Shown here: positions 17,405 to 24,873 of the stretch, piece after piece
How positions within the stretch are numbered: position 1 is the stretch's first letter
How the letters are laid out: each line of letters opens with the position of its first letter
Virus record (IMG/VR): IMGVR_UViG_3300001282_000006
Length of the DNA stretch: 43,871 nt
Source: a virus
Lineage: Duplodnaviria > Heunggongvirae > Uroviricota > Caudoviricetes
Direction: 5' to 3' (one strand)
The notes under the pieces: model-generated
The model's input: the letters and a program-made list of their open reading frames with translations, nothing else
Told to the model about the DNA's origin: nothing
The model's database searches: none
Translations under genes and position numbers: made by a program

Positions 17405-18823
17405 ATGAAATATTTAAAGAGATATGAAAGTTTTATGAACCAAGCATTTAACGATGTTAATATCAACATTGACAAAAGTTTAAGTATTGTTGAAAAACAA
17501 GTTTTAAATGATTTTTCAATTAGTTTCTGGGACTTATCATTAAACTCATCAGTATTTACAACTGAAGAAAAAGCATTCATCAAAGAAAACTTGATGAGTA
17601 ATAAAGTTGATTTAGTTAACGAAGGTTGGTTAGGTGATACATTAGGTGCTGTTTGGGATAAAGCCAAAGAAGTAGGTGGTAAAGTTTGGGATAAAGTAAA
17701 ATCTAAAATCACTATTATTAAAGACAATATTAAAAATCTAGTTTCTGGTATTGCTGACTTCATTAAAAATATGTTCAAATCTTTAGGTAACTCTATTGTT
17801 ACTAAATCAACGGCTTTAAAAGATAAAGTTAAAACTGAATTTCCTGCTAAAGTAAAATCTATTTTAGATCAAAAGAAACCAGAACCAAAAGTTTTAAAAA
17901 ATGAAATTGATGAGTTAAAAGCTACTTATGACCATTTGAAAATGACTGTTGCTGCTGGTTTATTAACTGGTAGTATTGATACTTCTGATGATGGAGTTAT
18001 TGCTGATGCTGAAAGTCAAGTTGGTGAATTAGAAAATGAATTAAAAGCAGAATCTCAAAATCATGATATTCTTAGTGCTTTCTATATTACCGAGGCTGAA
18101 GAAGCTAAAGTAGAATATAAAGTAGGTGATAAAGTAAAATACAAAAGAGATAACGGTGAAGAAGTTGAAAAAGAGATCGTTAAAATAGAAGGAGATAATA
18201 TCTTCTTCAAAGATAAAGAAGGTAATGAATTCTCTAAACCTAAAACTGATATCGTTGGTAAATCTCAAAGTACAGGTGCTAAAGTTTGGGGTGGATTTGC
18301 TAAATGGTTCTTAGATATGGAGCAAGCTACACCGCCAGAAAAAGGCAAAGCTGTTTGGTGGCTTAAATTAATCTTAAAAATAGTTGGATTAGTTTTATCA
18401 CCAGTTGTTAAGGCTTTAGAAGTTGCTGCTAAATTTATAACATCTAATGTACTTAAAGGTGTATCTGCTGCGTCTAAATATCTTAAAGGACCAGGTGTAT
18501 TTGAATTCTTGGTATTAGGTGGTATTGTTGCTGGTATACCAGCTTTAGTTACTGAGTTCTCTTTAGTAGGACATAAAATGCCTGAAGCTTTCGCTCATAT
18601 ATTTGAAGTGGTTGGTCTTTTCTTATCAGAAGTTTCTGGTATGAAAGTTTTACTTACTATCTTTGGTGCTTTCTGTGCGGCAATGACTTTATATCAATTA
18701 ATTGTTGAATTCAAACATTTATTCGGTGGTCACGGTGAAGAAGGTCACGGTGAAGAAGGTGCTAAGCCAGGTGCTAAACCAGAAGGTGGTGAATCTCCTG
18801 CGGCTCCGGCTCCTGCGGCTTAA
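17405..18823 (+). CDS. Putative virion-internal membrane-active protein with MKYLKRYESF N terminus
   Basis: Amphipathic helices (WLGDTLGAVWDKAKEVGGKVWDKVK), SH3/KOW-like YKVGDKV insert, several C-terminal hydrophobic helices. Confidence 0.5.
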   Translation: MKYLKRYESFMNQAFNDVNINIDKSLSIVEKQVLNDFSISFWDLSLNSSVFTTEEKAFIKENLMSNKVDLVNEGWLGDTLGAVWDKAKEVGGKVWDKVKSKITIIKDNIKNLVSGIADFIKNMFKSLGNSIVTKSTALKDKVKTEFPAKVKSILDQKKPEPKVLKNEIDELKATYDHLKMTVAAGLLTGSIDTSDDGVIADAESQVGELENELKAESQNHDILSAFYITEAEEAKVEYKVGDKVKYKRDNGEEVEKEIVKIEGDNIFFKDKEGNEFSKPKTDIVGKSQSTGAKVWGGFAKWFLDMEQATPPEKGKAVWWLKLILKIVGLVLSPVVKALEVAAKFITSNVLKGVSAASKYLKGPGVFEFLVLGGIVAGIPALVTEFSLVGHKMPEAFAHIFEVVGLFLSEVSGMKVLLTIFGAFCAAMTLYQLIVEFKHLFGGHGEEGHGEEGAKPGAKPEGGESPAAPAPAA

Positions 18824-18843
18824 AAAATTAACTATTTACTTTA

Positions 18844-20427
18844 ATGCCAAATCCAATAAAGTACAGTGTTTCCGCACAATCAAAGGCTTTGAAAAGAGGA
18901 AACTTTTTCATTGGAACAGGTGATGATCCAAAGGGAGATACTCCAATAAGTGATTATTGGAATGGCATAACTCCTCCGGTTGGTGGTTATACAATCTATC
19001 TTAATAAAGCTAGTCAAGGACCGAGTATATATGTTGCTGCCAATGATTCAGAGTTAATTAGTTTAACAAATAGAATTGCTAGTACTAGTTATACAACTGT
19101 TGGAGAATGTTTATCTTGGTTTTCTACACAAACAGATAAAATGGTTTTGAATAAAGACTATGAGCCTATTGTAACCGATGGATTAGCTTTTAGTTTAGAT
19201 GCTGGATTTGTATCTTCATATCCAAAAAGTGGAACAACTTGGTATGATATAAGTGGAAGTAATAATGTAACATTAGTAAATGGCTCGACTTTTAATAGTT
19301 CAAATGGAGGCAGTATTATGTTTGATGGTGTTGATGATATGGCTACAGGCTCAACAAACATATCATATACTAACACTCAAACTTGGATGGCGTGGATTAA
19401 AAGAACATCATCAGGCAATGTCTTCAATATGTTTATGGGTAGATTTTTACCATATTTTTCATTTAGATCAACTGGGCTTTTTCACTTCTCAAATCAAGTC
19501 GGTGGTACACAAGTAAATTTATATTCACCATTAACCTACTTAGATAATGTTTGGTATTTTACATGTTTCACAACTGAATATAATAACCCAAATACCACAA
19601 TGAAAATGTATATTAACGGATCTTTAGTTAGTAGTGGTTCATTTCCCGGAACTCAAAATAATCTCAGTTATACTTACACAGTTGGTGATGGTAGGAATAC
19701 ATCAACTTGGTACCCGTTTAATGGTTATGTTTCAATGGTGTCGGTATATGATAGAACTTTATCTGCGTCTGAAATTCTTCAAAACTATTATAAAGGACCA
19801 ATAGTAACTAGTGGTTTGGTTTTTGCCGTTGACGCAGGTAATATCGTCTCATATGAACCAGGTTCTATAACTGCTTATGATTTAACTGGTAATGTTACCT
19901 CAGGTACATTAAATAATGGTACATACGGAAGCGGAAACTGGTTTATTTTTGATGGATCAAACGATGAAATTTCATTTCCTCATGATGCTGATTATAAAAA
20001 TCAATCTTTATCTGTGGACTTTTGGGTTAATTTAGATTCTGAAAGTTCAGGTAGACATGTAATGTTCACTACTTGGTACGGATTCACTGTTGAGGTAAAT
20101 AATCCAGGTGGAAGTTTATCTTGGGGTCTTAATGGTTTACCTGGACAATATATGACAGCAGGTACTATTACATATGGAAGTACTACTCATATAGCATGTA
20201 CATATAATACAACAACAAATGTACAAAATATTTACATAAATGGTTCTCTAGCTGGAACACAGATAGTTGATGGTACAATAAATTATTCAAGTGATAATTT
20301 ATATTTTAGTGGTTCCTGGGATAGAACAAAAGGTAAAATGGGATCAATGAAGATTTATAACAAGGAACTTTCGTCATCAGAAGTAAAACAAAATTATCAA
20401 GCTCAATCCTCAAGATTTGGATTATAA
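18844..20427 (+). CDS. Fibre/decoration protein with two LamG (concanavalin A-like) domains
   Basis: GL.FSLDAG..SSYP.SGTTW.DISG; FDG.DD; MYINGSL; YDR.LS..EI.QNY, present twice. Confidence 0.8.
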   Translation: MPNPIKYSVSAQSKALKRGNFFIGTGDDPKGDTPISDYWNGITPPVGGYTIYLNKASQGPSIYVAANDSELISLTNRIASTSYTTVGECLSWFSTQTDKMVLNKDYEPIVTDGLAFSLDAGFVSSYPKSGTTWYDISGSNNVTLVNGSTFNSSNGGSIMFDGVDDMATGSTNISYTNTQTWMAWIKRTSSGNVFNMFMGRFLPYFSFRSTGLFHFSNQVGGTQVNLYSPLTYLDNVWYFTCFTTEYNNPNTTMKMYINGSLVSSGSFPGTQNNLSYTYTVGDGRNTSTWYPFNGYVSMVSVYDRTLSASEILQNYYKGPIVTSGLVFAVDAGNIVSYEPGSITAYDLTGNVTSGTLNNGTYGSGNWFIFDGSNDEISFPHDADYKNQSLSVDFWVNLDSESSGRHVMFTTWYGFTVEVNNPGGSLSWGLNGLPGQYMTAGTITYGSTTHIACTYNTTTNVQNIYINGSLAGTQIVDGTINYSSDNLYFSGSWDRTKGKMGSMKIYNKELSSSEVKQNYQAQSSRFGL

Positions 20428-20442
20428 AAAATAATAAAAACT

Positions 20443-20697
20443 ATGGAATATACAGAAAGAAACTTTATGATATTTAATGTGAGTGAATTAAATCAAATTG
20501 ATTTCACACAAGTATTAGAAACATCAGCAGATACAGTTAGAAAATCAGTAGATTTAACAAAAACATTTGTTAAATGGGAAGGTACTACACCTACTTGTGT
20601 TTCTAATTTAACAACTAAAGAAGGTCCATATACATATAGTGAGATATTAACAATCTTATCAACATCTGATTGGACTGATACATCACAAACGATATAA
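20443..20697 (+). CDS. Conserved small phage protein associated with LamG fibre genes
   Basis: IDFTQVLETSADTVRKSVDLTKTFVKW...GPYTYSEILTILSTSDW. Confidence 0.65.
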   Translation: MEYTERNFMIFNVSELNQIDFTQVLETSADTVRKSVDLTKTFVKWEGTTPTCVSNLTTKEGPYTYSEILTILSTSDWTDTSQTI

Positions 20698-20703
20698 AAT
20701 AAA

Positions 20704-21738
20704 ATGCCAAATCCAATAAAATATAATTTATCTGTACAATCAAAAGCTTTGAAAAGAGGAAACTTTTTCATTGGAACAGGTGATGATCCAAAGGGAAATA
20801 CTCCAACAAGTGATTATTGGAATGGCATAACTCCTCCGGTTGGTGGTTATACAATTTATCTTAATAAAGCCAGTCAAGGTCCTAGTATCTATGTTGCTGC
20901 TAACGATTCGGAGTTAATTAGCTTAACAAATAGAATTGCTAGTACTACTTATACAACTGTTGGGGAATGTTTATCTTGGTTTTTAACACAAACCGATAAA
21001 ATGGTTTTGAATAGAGATTATGAAGGTATTAAAACAGATGGTTTAGTATTAAATTTAGATGCTGGATTTGTTTCTTCTTATCCAAAAAATGGAACAACTT
21101 GGTATGATTTAAGTGGAAATGAAAATAATGCCTCACTAGTTAACGGACTTCAATTCAATAATACTAATAGTGGTGAAATTTATATGGACGGAGGTGATGA
21201 GTACATACGAATTCCTCCATCCTCAAATTTACAATCTTATTTTTCAAATAATAGTTTTACCATCACTCTAATAGTAAAATCAGATAATGTTGTTTATCCA
21301 AGAAGTAGATGTCCTATATATGTCAATTCTACTGTAACAAGTGCGTCACAAAAAGGATGGTCAGCTGGTCATGGATCATCAACAACCAGTATAGAAATTA
21401 GGTCTTGTGATGGAACTAATCTTTCAAACGGATTTATTAGTCATTCAGTAGCTGAATCAACAGTTTACATGAGAACATTTACAATTGATAGAACCAGTGG
21501 TGTTTTAACAAAATATTATGTAAATGGATCTTATGTCGGTCAACATAATGCGACTAATGTTACTGGTTCTATTTATGATGGAACTAATACTGATTTTATA
21601 ACAGGCTTTGTTTTTGGTTATGTATGGGGTTGGAGGTTTATAGGTGGAATATATAATATTATGGTATATAACAGATTGTTATCAGAAACTGAAATACTTC
21701 AGAACTTTAATGCTCAGAAATCAAAATTTGGATTATAA
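20704..21738 (+). CDS. LamG-domain fibre/decoration protein, paralog of 18844
   Basis: About 125-aa N terminus nearly identical to 18844; single LamG domain. Confidence 0.8.
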   Translation: MPNPIKYNLSVQSKALKRGNFFIGTGDDPKGNTPTSDYWNGITPPVGGYTIYLNKASQGPSIYVAANDSELISLTNRIASTTYTTVGECLSWFLTQTDKMVLNRDYEGIKTDGLVLNLDAGFVSSYPKNGTTWYDLSGNENNASLVNGLQFNNTNSGEIYMDGGDEYIRIPPSSNLQSYFSNNSFTITLIVKSDNVVYPRSRCPIYVNSTVTSASQKGWSAGHGSSTTSIEIRSCDGTNLSNGFISHSVAESTVYMRTFTIDRTSGVLTKYYVNGSYVGQHNATNVTGSIYDGTNTDFITGFVFGYVWGWRFIGGIYNIMVYNRLLSETEILQNFNAQKSKFGL

Positions 21739-21840
21739 TAAAATTTGGTAGTTTAAAAATACCTCCATATATTTGTAAAACAATTGAGAGAGGCAACGAT
21801 TCAGATACAACTTTCAATTATTTTATAAAAAAATTAGGTG

Positions 21841-21911
21841 AAATTAAAACTTTTATCTATATTTGTATAAAATAAGTCAAAAGGAACAAAAAACTTTTAA
21901 TATATACTATA
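21841..21911 (+). promoter_or_regulatory. Dual-promoter cassette (TATATTTG plus TAATATATA) upstream of leader 5
   Basis: Near-identical to 31739-31810. Confidence 0.75.
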
Positions 21912-22022
21912 ATGAAAACAATGAATTTAAATATGAACATGAATACACTGACAGTGGTGAATAATACGTTATGTATTAGACCGTCTGAGGGCTTCGTCAT
22001 ATCTAAACGATTTGTTAGTTAA
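21912..22022 (+). CDS. Leader peptide 5, MKTMNLNMNMNTLTVVNNTLCIRPSEGFVISKRFVS
   Basis: First 23 codons use only M,K,T,N,L,V,C,I,R; GTCTGAGGG (21983-21991) is the exact complement of the terminator arm CCCTCAGAC. Confidence 0.85.
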   Translation: MKTMNLNMNMNTLTVVNNTLCIRPSEGFVISKRFVS

Positions 22023-22050
22023 TATAACAAATTTTAATAAAGAATACTCG

Positions 22051-22083
22051 AAACCCTCAGACACAAAATCTGAGGGTTTTTTT
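22051..22083 (+). terminator. Intrinsic terminator of attenuator 5
   Basis: aaaccctcaga-cacaaaa-tctgagggttt followed by a T run. Confidence 0.9.
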
Positions 22084-22098
22084 ATGCTCTTAAAACAA

Positions 22099-22183
22099 CG
22101 GTAGGTACCCGAGCGGTCTTCAGGGACTAGTCTGATACACTAGGTGAGAAATCACAACGTGGGTTCAAATCCCACCCTACCGA
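22099..22183 (+). tRNA. tRNA-Ile (GAT) with long variable arm
   Basis: ctagt-ctGATac-actag; V arm gtga-gaaa-tcac. Confidence 0.8.
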
Positions 22184-22189
22184 CAAAAT

Positions 22190-22262
22190 GGTTTCCTCGT
22201 CCAACTGGATAGGACATCGCTCTTCTAAAGCGAGAATATGGGTTCGAATCCCGTGGAGACTA
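22190..22262 (+). tRNA. tRNA-Arg (TCT)
   Basis: tcgct-ctTCTaa-agcga. Confidence 0.92.
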
Positions 22263-22269
22263 CAAATAT

Positions 22270-22341
22270 TCCTCGATAGCTCAGCGGTAGAGCAAACGAC
22301 TGTTAATCGTTAGGTCCCAGGTTCGAATCCTGGTCGGGGAG
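22270..22341 (+). tRNA. tRNA-Asn (GTT)
   Basis: aacga-ctGTTaa-tcgtt; G73. Confidence 0.95.
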
Positions 22342-22348
22342 CAAAAAT

Positions 22349-22431
22349 GCCGAAGTGGTGGAATGGTAGACACGCTAGCCTTAGGAGCTAGTACCCGAAA
22401 GGGTGTGTGGGTTCGAGTCCCACCTTCGGTA
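22349..22431 (+). tRNA. tRNA-Leu (TAG)
   Basis: ctagc-ctTAGga-gctag; type II body. Confidence 0.95.
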
Positions 22432-22436
22432 CAAAT

Positions 22437-22522
22437 TGATGGGTGTCCTGAGCGGCGAAAGGACCTGGCTGTTAACCAGACGACATTAAAGTCCACCGTG
22501 GGTTCGAGTCCCACCTCATCAG
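22437..22522 (+). tRNA. tRNA-Asn (GTT) with long variable region
   Basis: ctgg-ctGTTaa-ccag; 17-nt variable region; G73. Confidence 0.78.
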
Positions 22523-22528
22523 CAAGAT

Positions 22529-22601
22529 AGTCCTGTAGCTCAATCGGGGGAGCGCCACTGTTACATAGTGGAGGGAGTCGGATCGTAACCGACCGGGACT
22601 A
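22529..22601 (+). tRNA. tRNA-Val (TAC)
   Basis: ccact-gtTACat-agtgg; T loop ATCGTAA. Confidence 0.88.
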
Positions 22602-22607
22602 CAAAAT

Positions 22608-22681
22608 TGGAATATAGCTCAACTGGTTAGAGCATTCGCCTGATACGCGAAAGGTTGTAGGTTCGAGTCCTACTATTCCAA
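22608..22681 (+). tRNA. tRNA-Ile (GAT)
   Basis: tcgc-ctGATac-gcga; canonical body. Confidence 0.95.
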
Positions 22682-22686
22682 CAAAT

Positions 22687-22769
22687 GGTACTGTGGCCGA
22701 GTGGTGTCGAAAGACGAGAGGCACAGATCTGCAAAATCTGTCACACTGGTTCGAGCCCAGTCAGTACCT
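22687..22769 (+). tRNA. tRNA-Cys (GCA) with D-loop hairpin insertion
   Basis: cagat-ctGCAaa-atctg; U73; gtc-gaaa-gac in the D loop. Confidence 0.88.
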
Positions 22770-22774
22770 CAAAC

Positions 22775-22846
22775 GCTTCTTAAGCATTAATGGTGATGCG
22801 CTAGTCTTGTAAACTAGAGAAATCGGATCGTTACCGGTAAGAAGCT
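22775..22846 (+). tRNA. tRNA-Thr (TGT)
   Basis: ctagt-ctTGTaa-actag; T loop ATCGTTA. Confidence 0.9.
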
Positions 22847-22851
22847 CAAAT

Positions 22852-22997
22852 CAGTAGGACCCTATATTAGGTGGTAACTTCTAGAGAAGCCACATAAAGA
22901 ACTGGTCCGGGTTAAAAACCAAACTTGATTATTTGATATTCTAGAAAATGTCATTTAGTTCGGATTGGGAAGGTGGGTTCGATTCCCACCCTACTGT
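22852..22997 (+). ncRNA. 146-nt tRNA-like RNA (acceptor and T arm enclosing a large structured insert)
   Basis: cagtagg (22852) pairs with cctactg (22990); perfect T arm gtggg-ttcgatt-cccac; several internal hairpins. Confidence 0.6.
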
Positions 22998-23003
22998 CAA
23001 AAT

Positions 23004-23075
23004 TGCCTTGTAGCTCAATGGGAGAGCACTTCCTTGACATGGAAGAGGTAGTGGGATCGTTACCCACCAAGGCAA
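23004..23075 (+). tRNA. tRNA-Val (GAC)
   Basis: cttcc-ttGACat-ggaag; T loop ATCGTTA. Confidence 0.9.
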
Positions 23076-23100
23076 CAAAATAATGGATGGTGATTAAGAG

Positions 23101-23173
23101 TGTTACTTCGTGAAATGGTATACACATTTGTCTTAAAAACAAACTTTTGAAGGTTCAAGTCCTTCAGTAAAAT
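23101..23173 (+). tRNA. Degenerate tRNA with TAA (Leu) anticodon but short variable loop
   Basis: Leu-type D arm gtg-aaatggtata-cac; tttgt-ctTAAaa-acaaa; T arm gaagg-ttcaagt-ccttc; one acceptor mismatch. Confidence 0.55.
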
Positions 23174-23200
23174 CACTCTTTAGACTTTCCTCCATTATAT

Positions 23201-23284
23201 GCCGATGTGGCTCAGTGGCGACAGCACTGGTTTTGTAAACCAGAGACGAATAGTCCAACGGGGGTTCGAGTCCCTCCATCGGCT
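23201..23284 (+). tRNA. tRNA-Thr (TGT) with long variable region
   Basis: ctggt-ttTGTaa-accag; variable region agacgaatagtccaac. Confidence 0.82.
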
Positions 23285-23299
23285 CAAAATAAATCACCT

Positions 23300-23383
23300 G
23301 CCTGGGTGGTGGAACGGTAGACACGAGGGACTTAAAATCCCTTGCCCCAAAAGGGCGTGAGGGTTCGAGTCCCTCTCCAGGTA
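23300..23383 (+). tRNA. tRNA-Leu (TAA)
   Basis: aggga-ctTAAaa-tccct; type II body. Confidence 0.95.
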
Positions 23384-23414
23384 CTGAAGTGAAACGAAAG
23401 TTCACTACAAATAT

Positions 23415-23501
23415 CGCGGGGTAGAGTAGAGGTCAAACTCACTGGGCTCATAACCCAGGGTTGCGCAAGTGACACGTCAGGTTCGAATCCTGCCCCCGCT
23501 A
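23415..23501 (+). tRNA. Initiator-type tRNA-Met (CAT) with long variable arm
   Basis: C1 mismatch; ctggg-ctCATaa-cccag (3 GC pairs); V arm gttgc-gcaa-gtgac. Confidence 0.8.
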
Positions 23502-23507
23502 CAACAA

Positions 23508-23580
23508 GCAGTTATCGTATAGTCGGTGATTACACCACCTTGGTACGGTGGAGACTCCGGTTCGACTCCGGATGATTGCT
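23508..23580 (+). tRNA. tRNA-Thr (GGT)
   Basis: ccacc-ttGGTac-ggtgg. Confidence 0.92.
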
Positions 23581-23585
23581 CAGAT

Positions 23586-23666
23586 GCCCAGATGGTGGAA
23601 TGGTAGACACTCCGGTCTAAGAAGCCGGTGCCGCAAGGCGTGAGAGTTCGAGTCTCTCTTTGGGTA
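23586..23666 (+). tRNA. tRNA-Leu (AAG)
   Basis: ccggt-ctAAGaa-gccgg; Leu-type D loop, V arm and A73. Confidence 0.88.
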
Positions 23667-23671
23667 CAAAT

Positions 23672-23741
23672 GCCGTGGCTTAGTGGAAAAGAGCCTACTC
23701 TCATAAGGTGGGTTAAGTGAGTTCGAACCTCATACACGGTA
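23672..23741 (+). tRNA. Degenerate tRNA, 8-nt loop CTTCATAA (Met CAT plus one nt, or TCA)
   Basis: Intact T arm and D arm; about 3 nt missing after the acceptor 5' strand. Confidence 0.5.
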
Positions 23742-23746
23742 CAAAT

Positions 23747-23827
23747 GTCAGAATGGTGGAATGGTATACACACTGGTTTCAAAAGCCAGCGCCTAATGGT
23801 ATGAGAGTTCAAGTCTCTCTTCTGATA
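23747..23827 (+). tRNA. tRNA-Leu (CAA)
   Basis: ctggt-ttCAAaa-gccag; type II body. Confidence 0.92.
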
Positions 23828-23849
23828 CTCGATAAAAAAGCCAATAAAA

Positions 23850-24062
23850 ATGGAAAAGAATGAAATTAAAAAAGCTCTGTATAAACAAAACCCAAAGGCT
23901 ACATTTAAGTTTATCAGAAAAGAAGTAGCTTATTACTTAACAATTATCGAATCTGAAAGTGAACCAGTTGAAATTAGATTTGAGGTTCCAGTATCAGATA
24001 TGGGTGATGCTGATTTTGAATACTTAATGGATTCAAAGTATATGATAAGATGGATATCTTAG
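23850..24062 (+). CDS. Hypothetical protein
   Basis: 70 aa ORF with normal codon pattern directly after the tRNA array. Confidence 0.65.
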   Translation: MEKNEIKKALYKQNPKATFKFIRKEVAYYLTIIESESEPVEIRFEVPVSDMGDADFEYLMDSKYMIRWIS

Positions 24063-24628
24063 TTAGGTGTGTAATTGTCATTTTGGTCCAAAAACTTAAA
24101 ATCTTCTTTTTTAAGTTTCATTCCTGAAAACATATTTAGAAAGTTTATGAAGGATTGTAGAGATTCATCTACTAAAGCAAATACAGTATTGCTTGGATCA
24201 AATTTAGAGTGATAGGATGTATATTCTATCACTTTTATTTTATTAGGAGCTTCAACAGAAAATTCACAAGCCATAGAATCACCATAAGTAATATCAACAT
24301 TTAATACTATGTTATCTTCCTTAGCAAAGTAAATATCGAATTCTAAAGTATCTGGTGTGCCCCAAATTTCACCTTGTTCATCACTATTAAGTGGTGTAGA
24401 AGCATAAGTTATCTGAACCATATCAGAATGTAACATTATGTTATCTTTCTTAAACTTGAATAGTTTTCCGTGATAGTTGATTGTGAAATACTCTGGTAAA
24501 TGTTGTTCCCATCTTTTATCATAAATAGTATTAATATGATTTGTCTTAGGATTAATATTAGCACTTATAGTTCCATTTGGTTTAATAGTAGCTTCAACAT
24601 CTTCATTAAATCTTTTTAAGTATTTCAT
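24059..24628 (-). CDS. Hypothetical protein with MKYLKRFNE N terminus
   Basis: 189 aa; upstream AAATATATA. Confidence 0.7.
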   Translation of the reverse strand: MKYLKRFNEDVEATIKPNGTISANINPKTNHINTIYDKRWEQHLPEYFTINYHGKLFKFKKDNIMLHSDMVQITYASTPLNSDEQGEIWGTPDTLEFDIYFAKEDNIVLNVDITYGDSMACEFSVEAPNKIKVIEYTSYHSKFDPSNTVFALVDESLQSFINFLNMFSGMKLKKEDFKFLDQNDNYTPN

Positions 24629-24693
24629 AATGTATATATTTGTTTTTATAAATCCATTTATCTATATTTGTATCTTAATTCAAAAATATAAAT

Positions 24694-24831
24694 ATGAGTA
24701 CTTGTACAAGATTACAAAATAAAACCGGTATTGACCGGTTTTGGATTAGATTATTTTTCATAATCTGGTTCTTTCATACTGGATGGGCTTTACTTTGGTA
24801 CATCATAATTGGACTACTAATCGAAGACTAA
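24694..24831 (+). CDS. PspC-like small membrane protein (45 aa, absent from the ORF track)
   Basis: KTGIDRFWIRLFFIIWFFHTGWALLWYIIIGLLI resembles the PspC GID...VRL...LLYII pattern; TATATTTG at 24663. Confidence 0.5.
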   Translation: MSTCTRLQNKTGIDRFWIRLFFIIWFFHTGWALLWYIIIGLLIED

Positions 24832-24873
24832 AATAAATTTTGATATTAAACACTTTTTTCTTAAATTTGTAAA

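Larger units (their letters stand above)
18844..21120 (+). repeat. Direct repeat of about 0.4 kb (18844-~19260 and 20704-~21120)
   Basis: Near-identical DNA, e.g. ggaaactttttcattggaacaggtgatgatccaaaggga in both copies. Confidence 0.9.

Noticed and set aside
22281-23812. Minus-strand ORFs 22281-22514, 22951-23142, 23133-23405 and 23477-23812
   Set aside because: Antisense translations of tRNA genes (GLEP, GIEP, RIRT patterns).
24694-24873. Glu-sensing attenuator for gltX (small ORF with aaaaccgg/ccggtttt hairpin)
   Set aside because: Only one Glu codon, at the end; the hairpin lies inside the ORF; no terminator before gltX.
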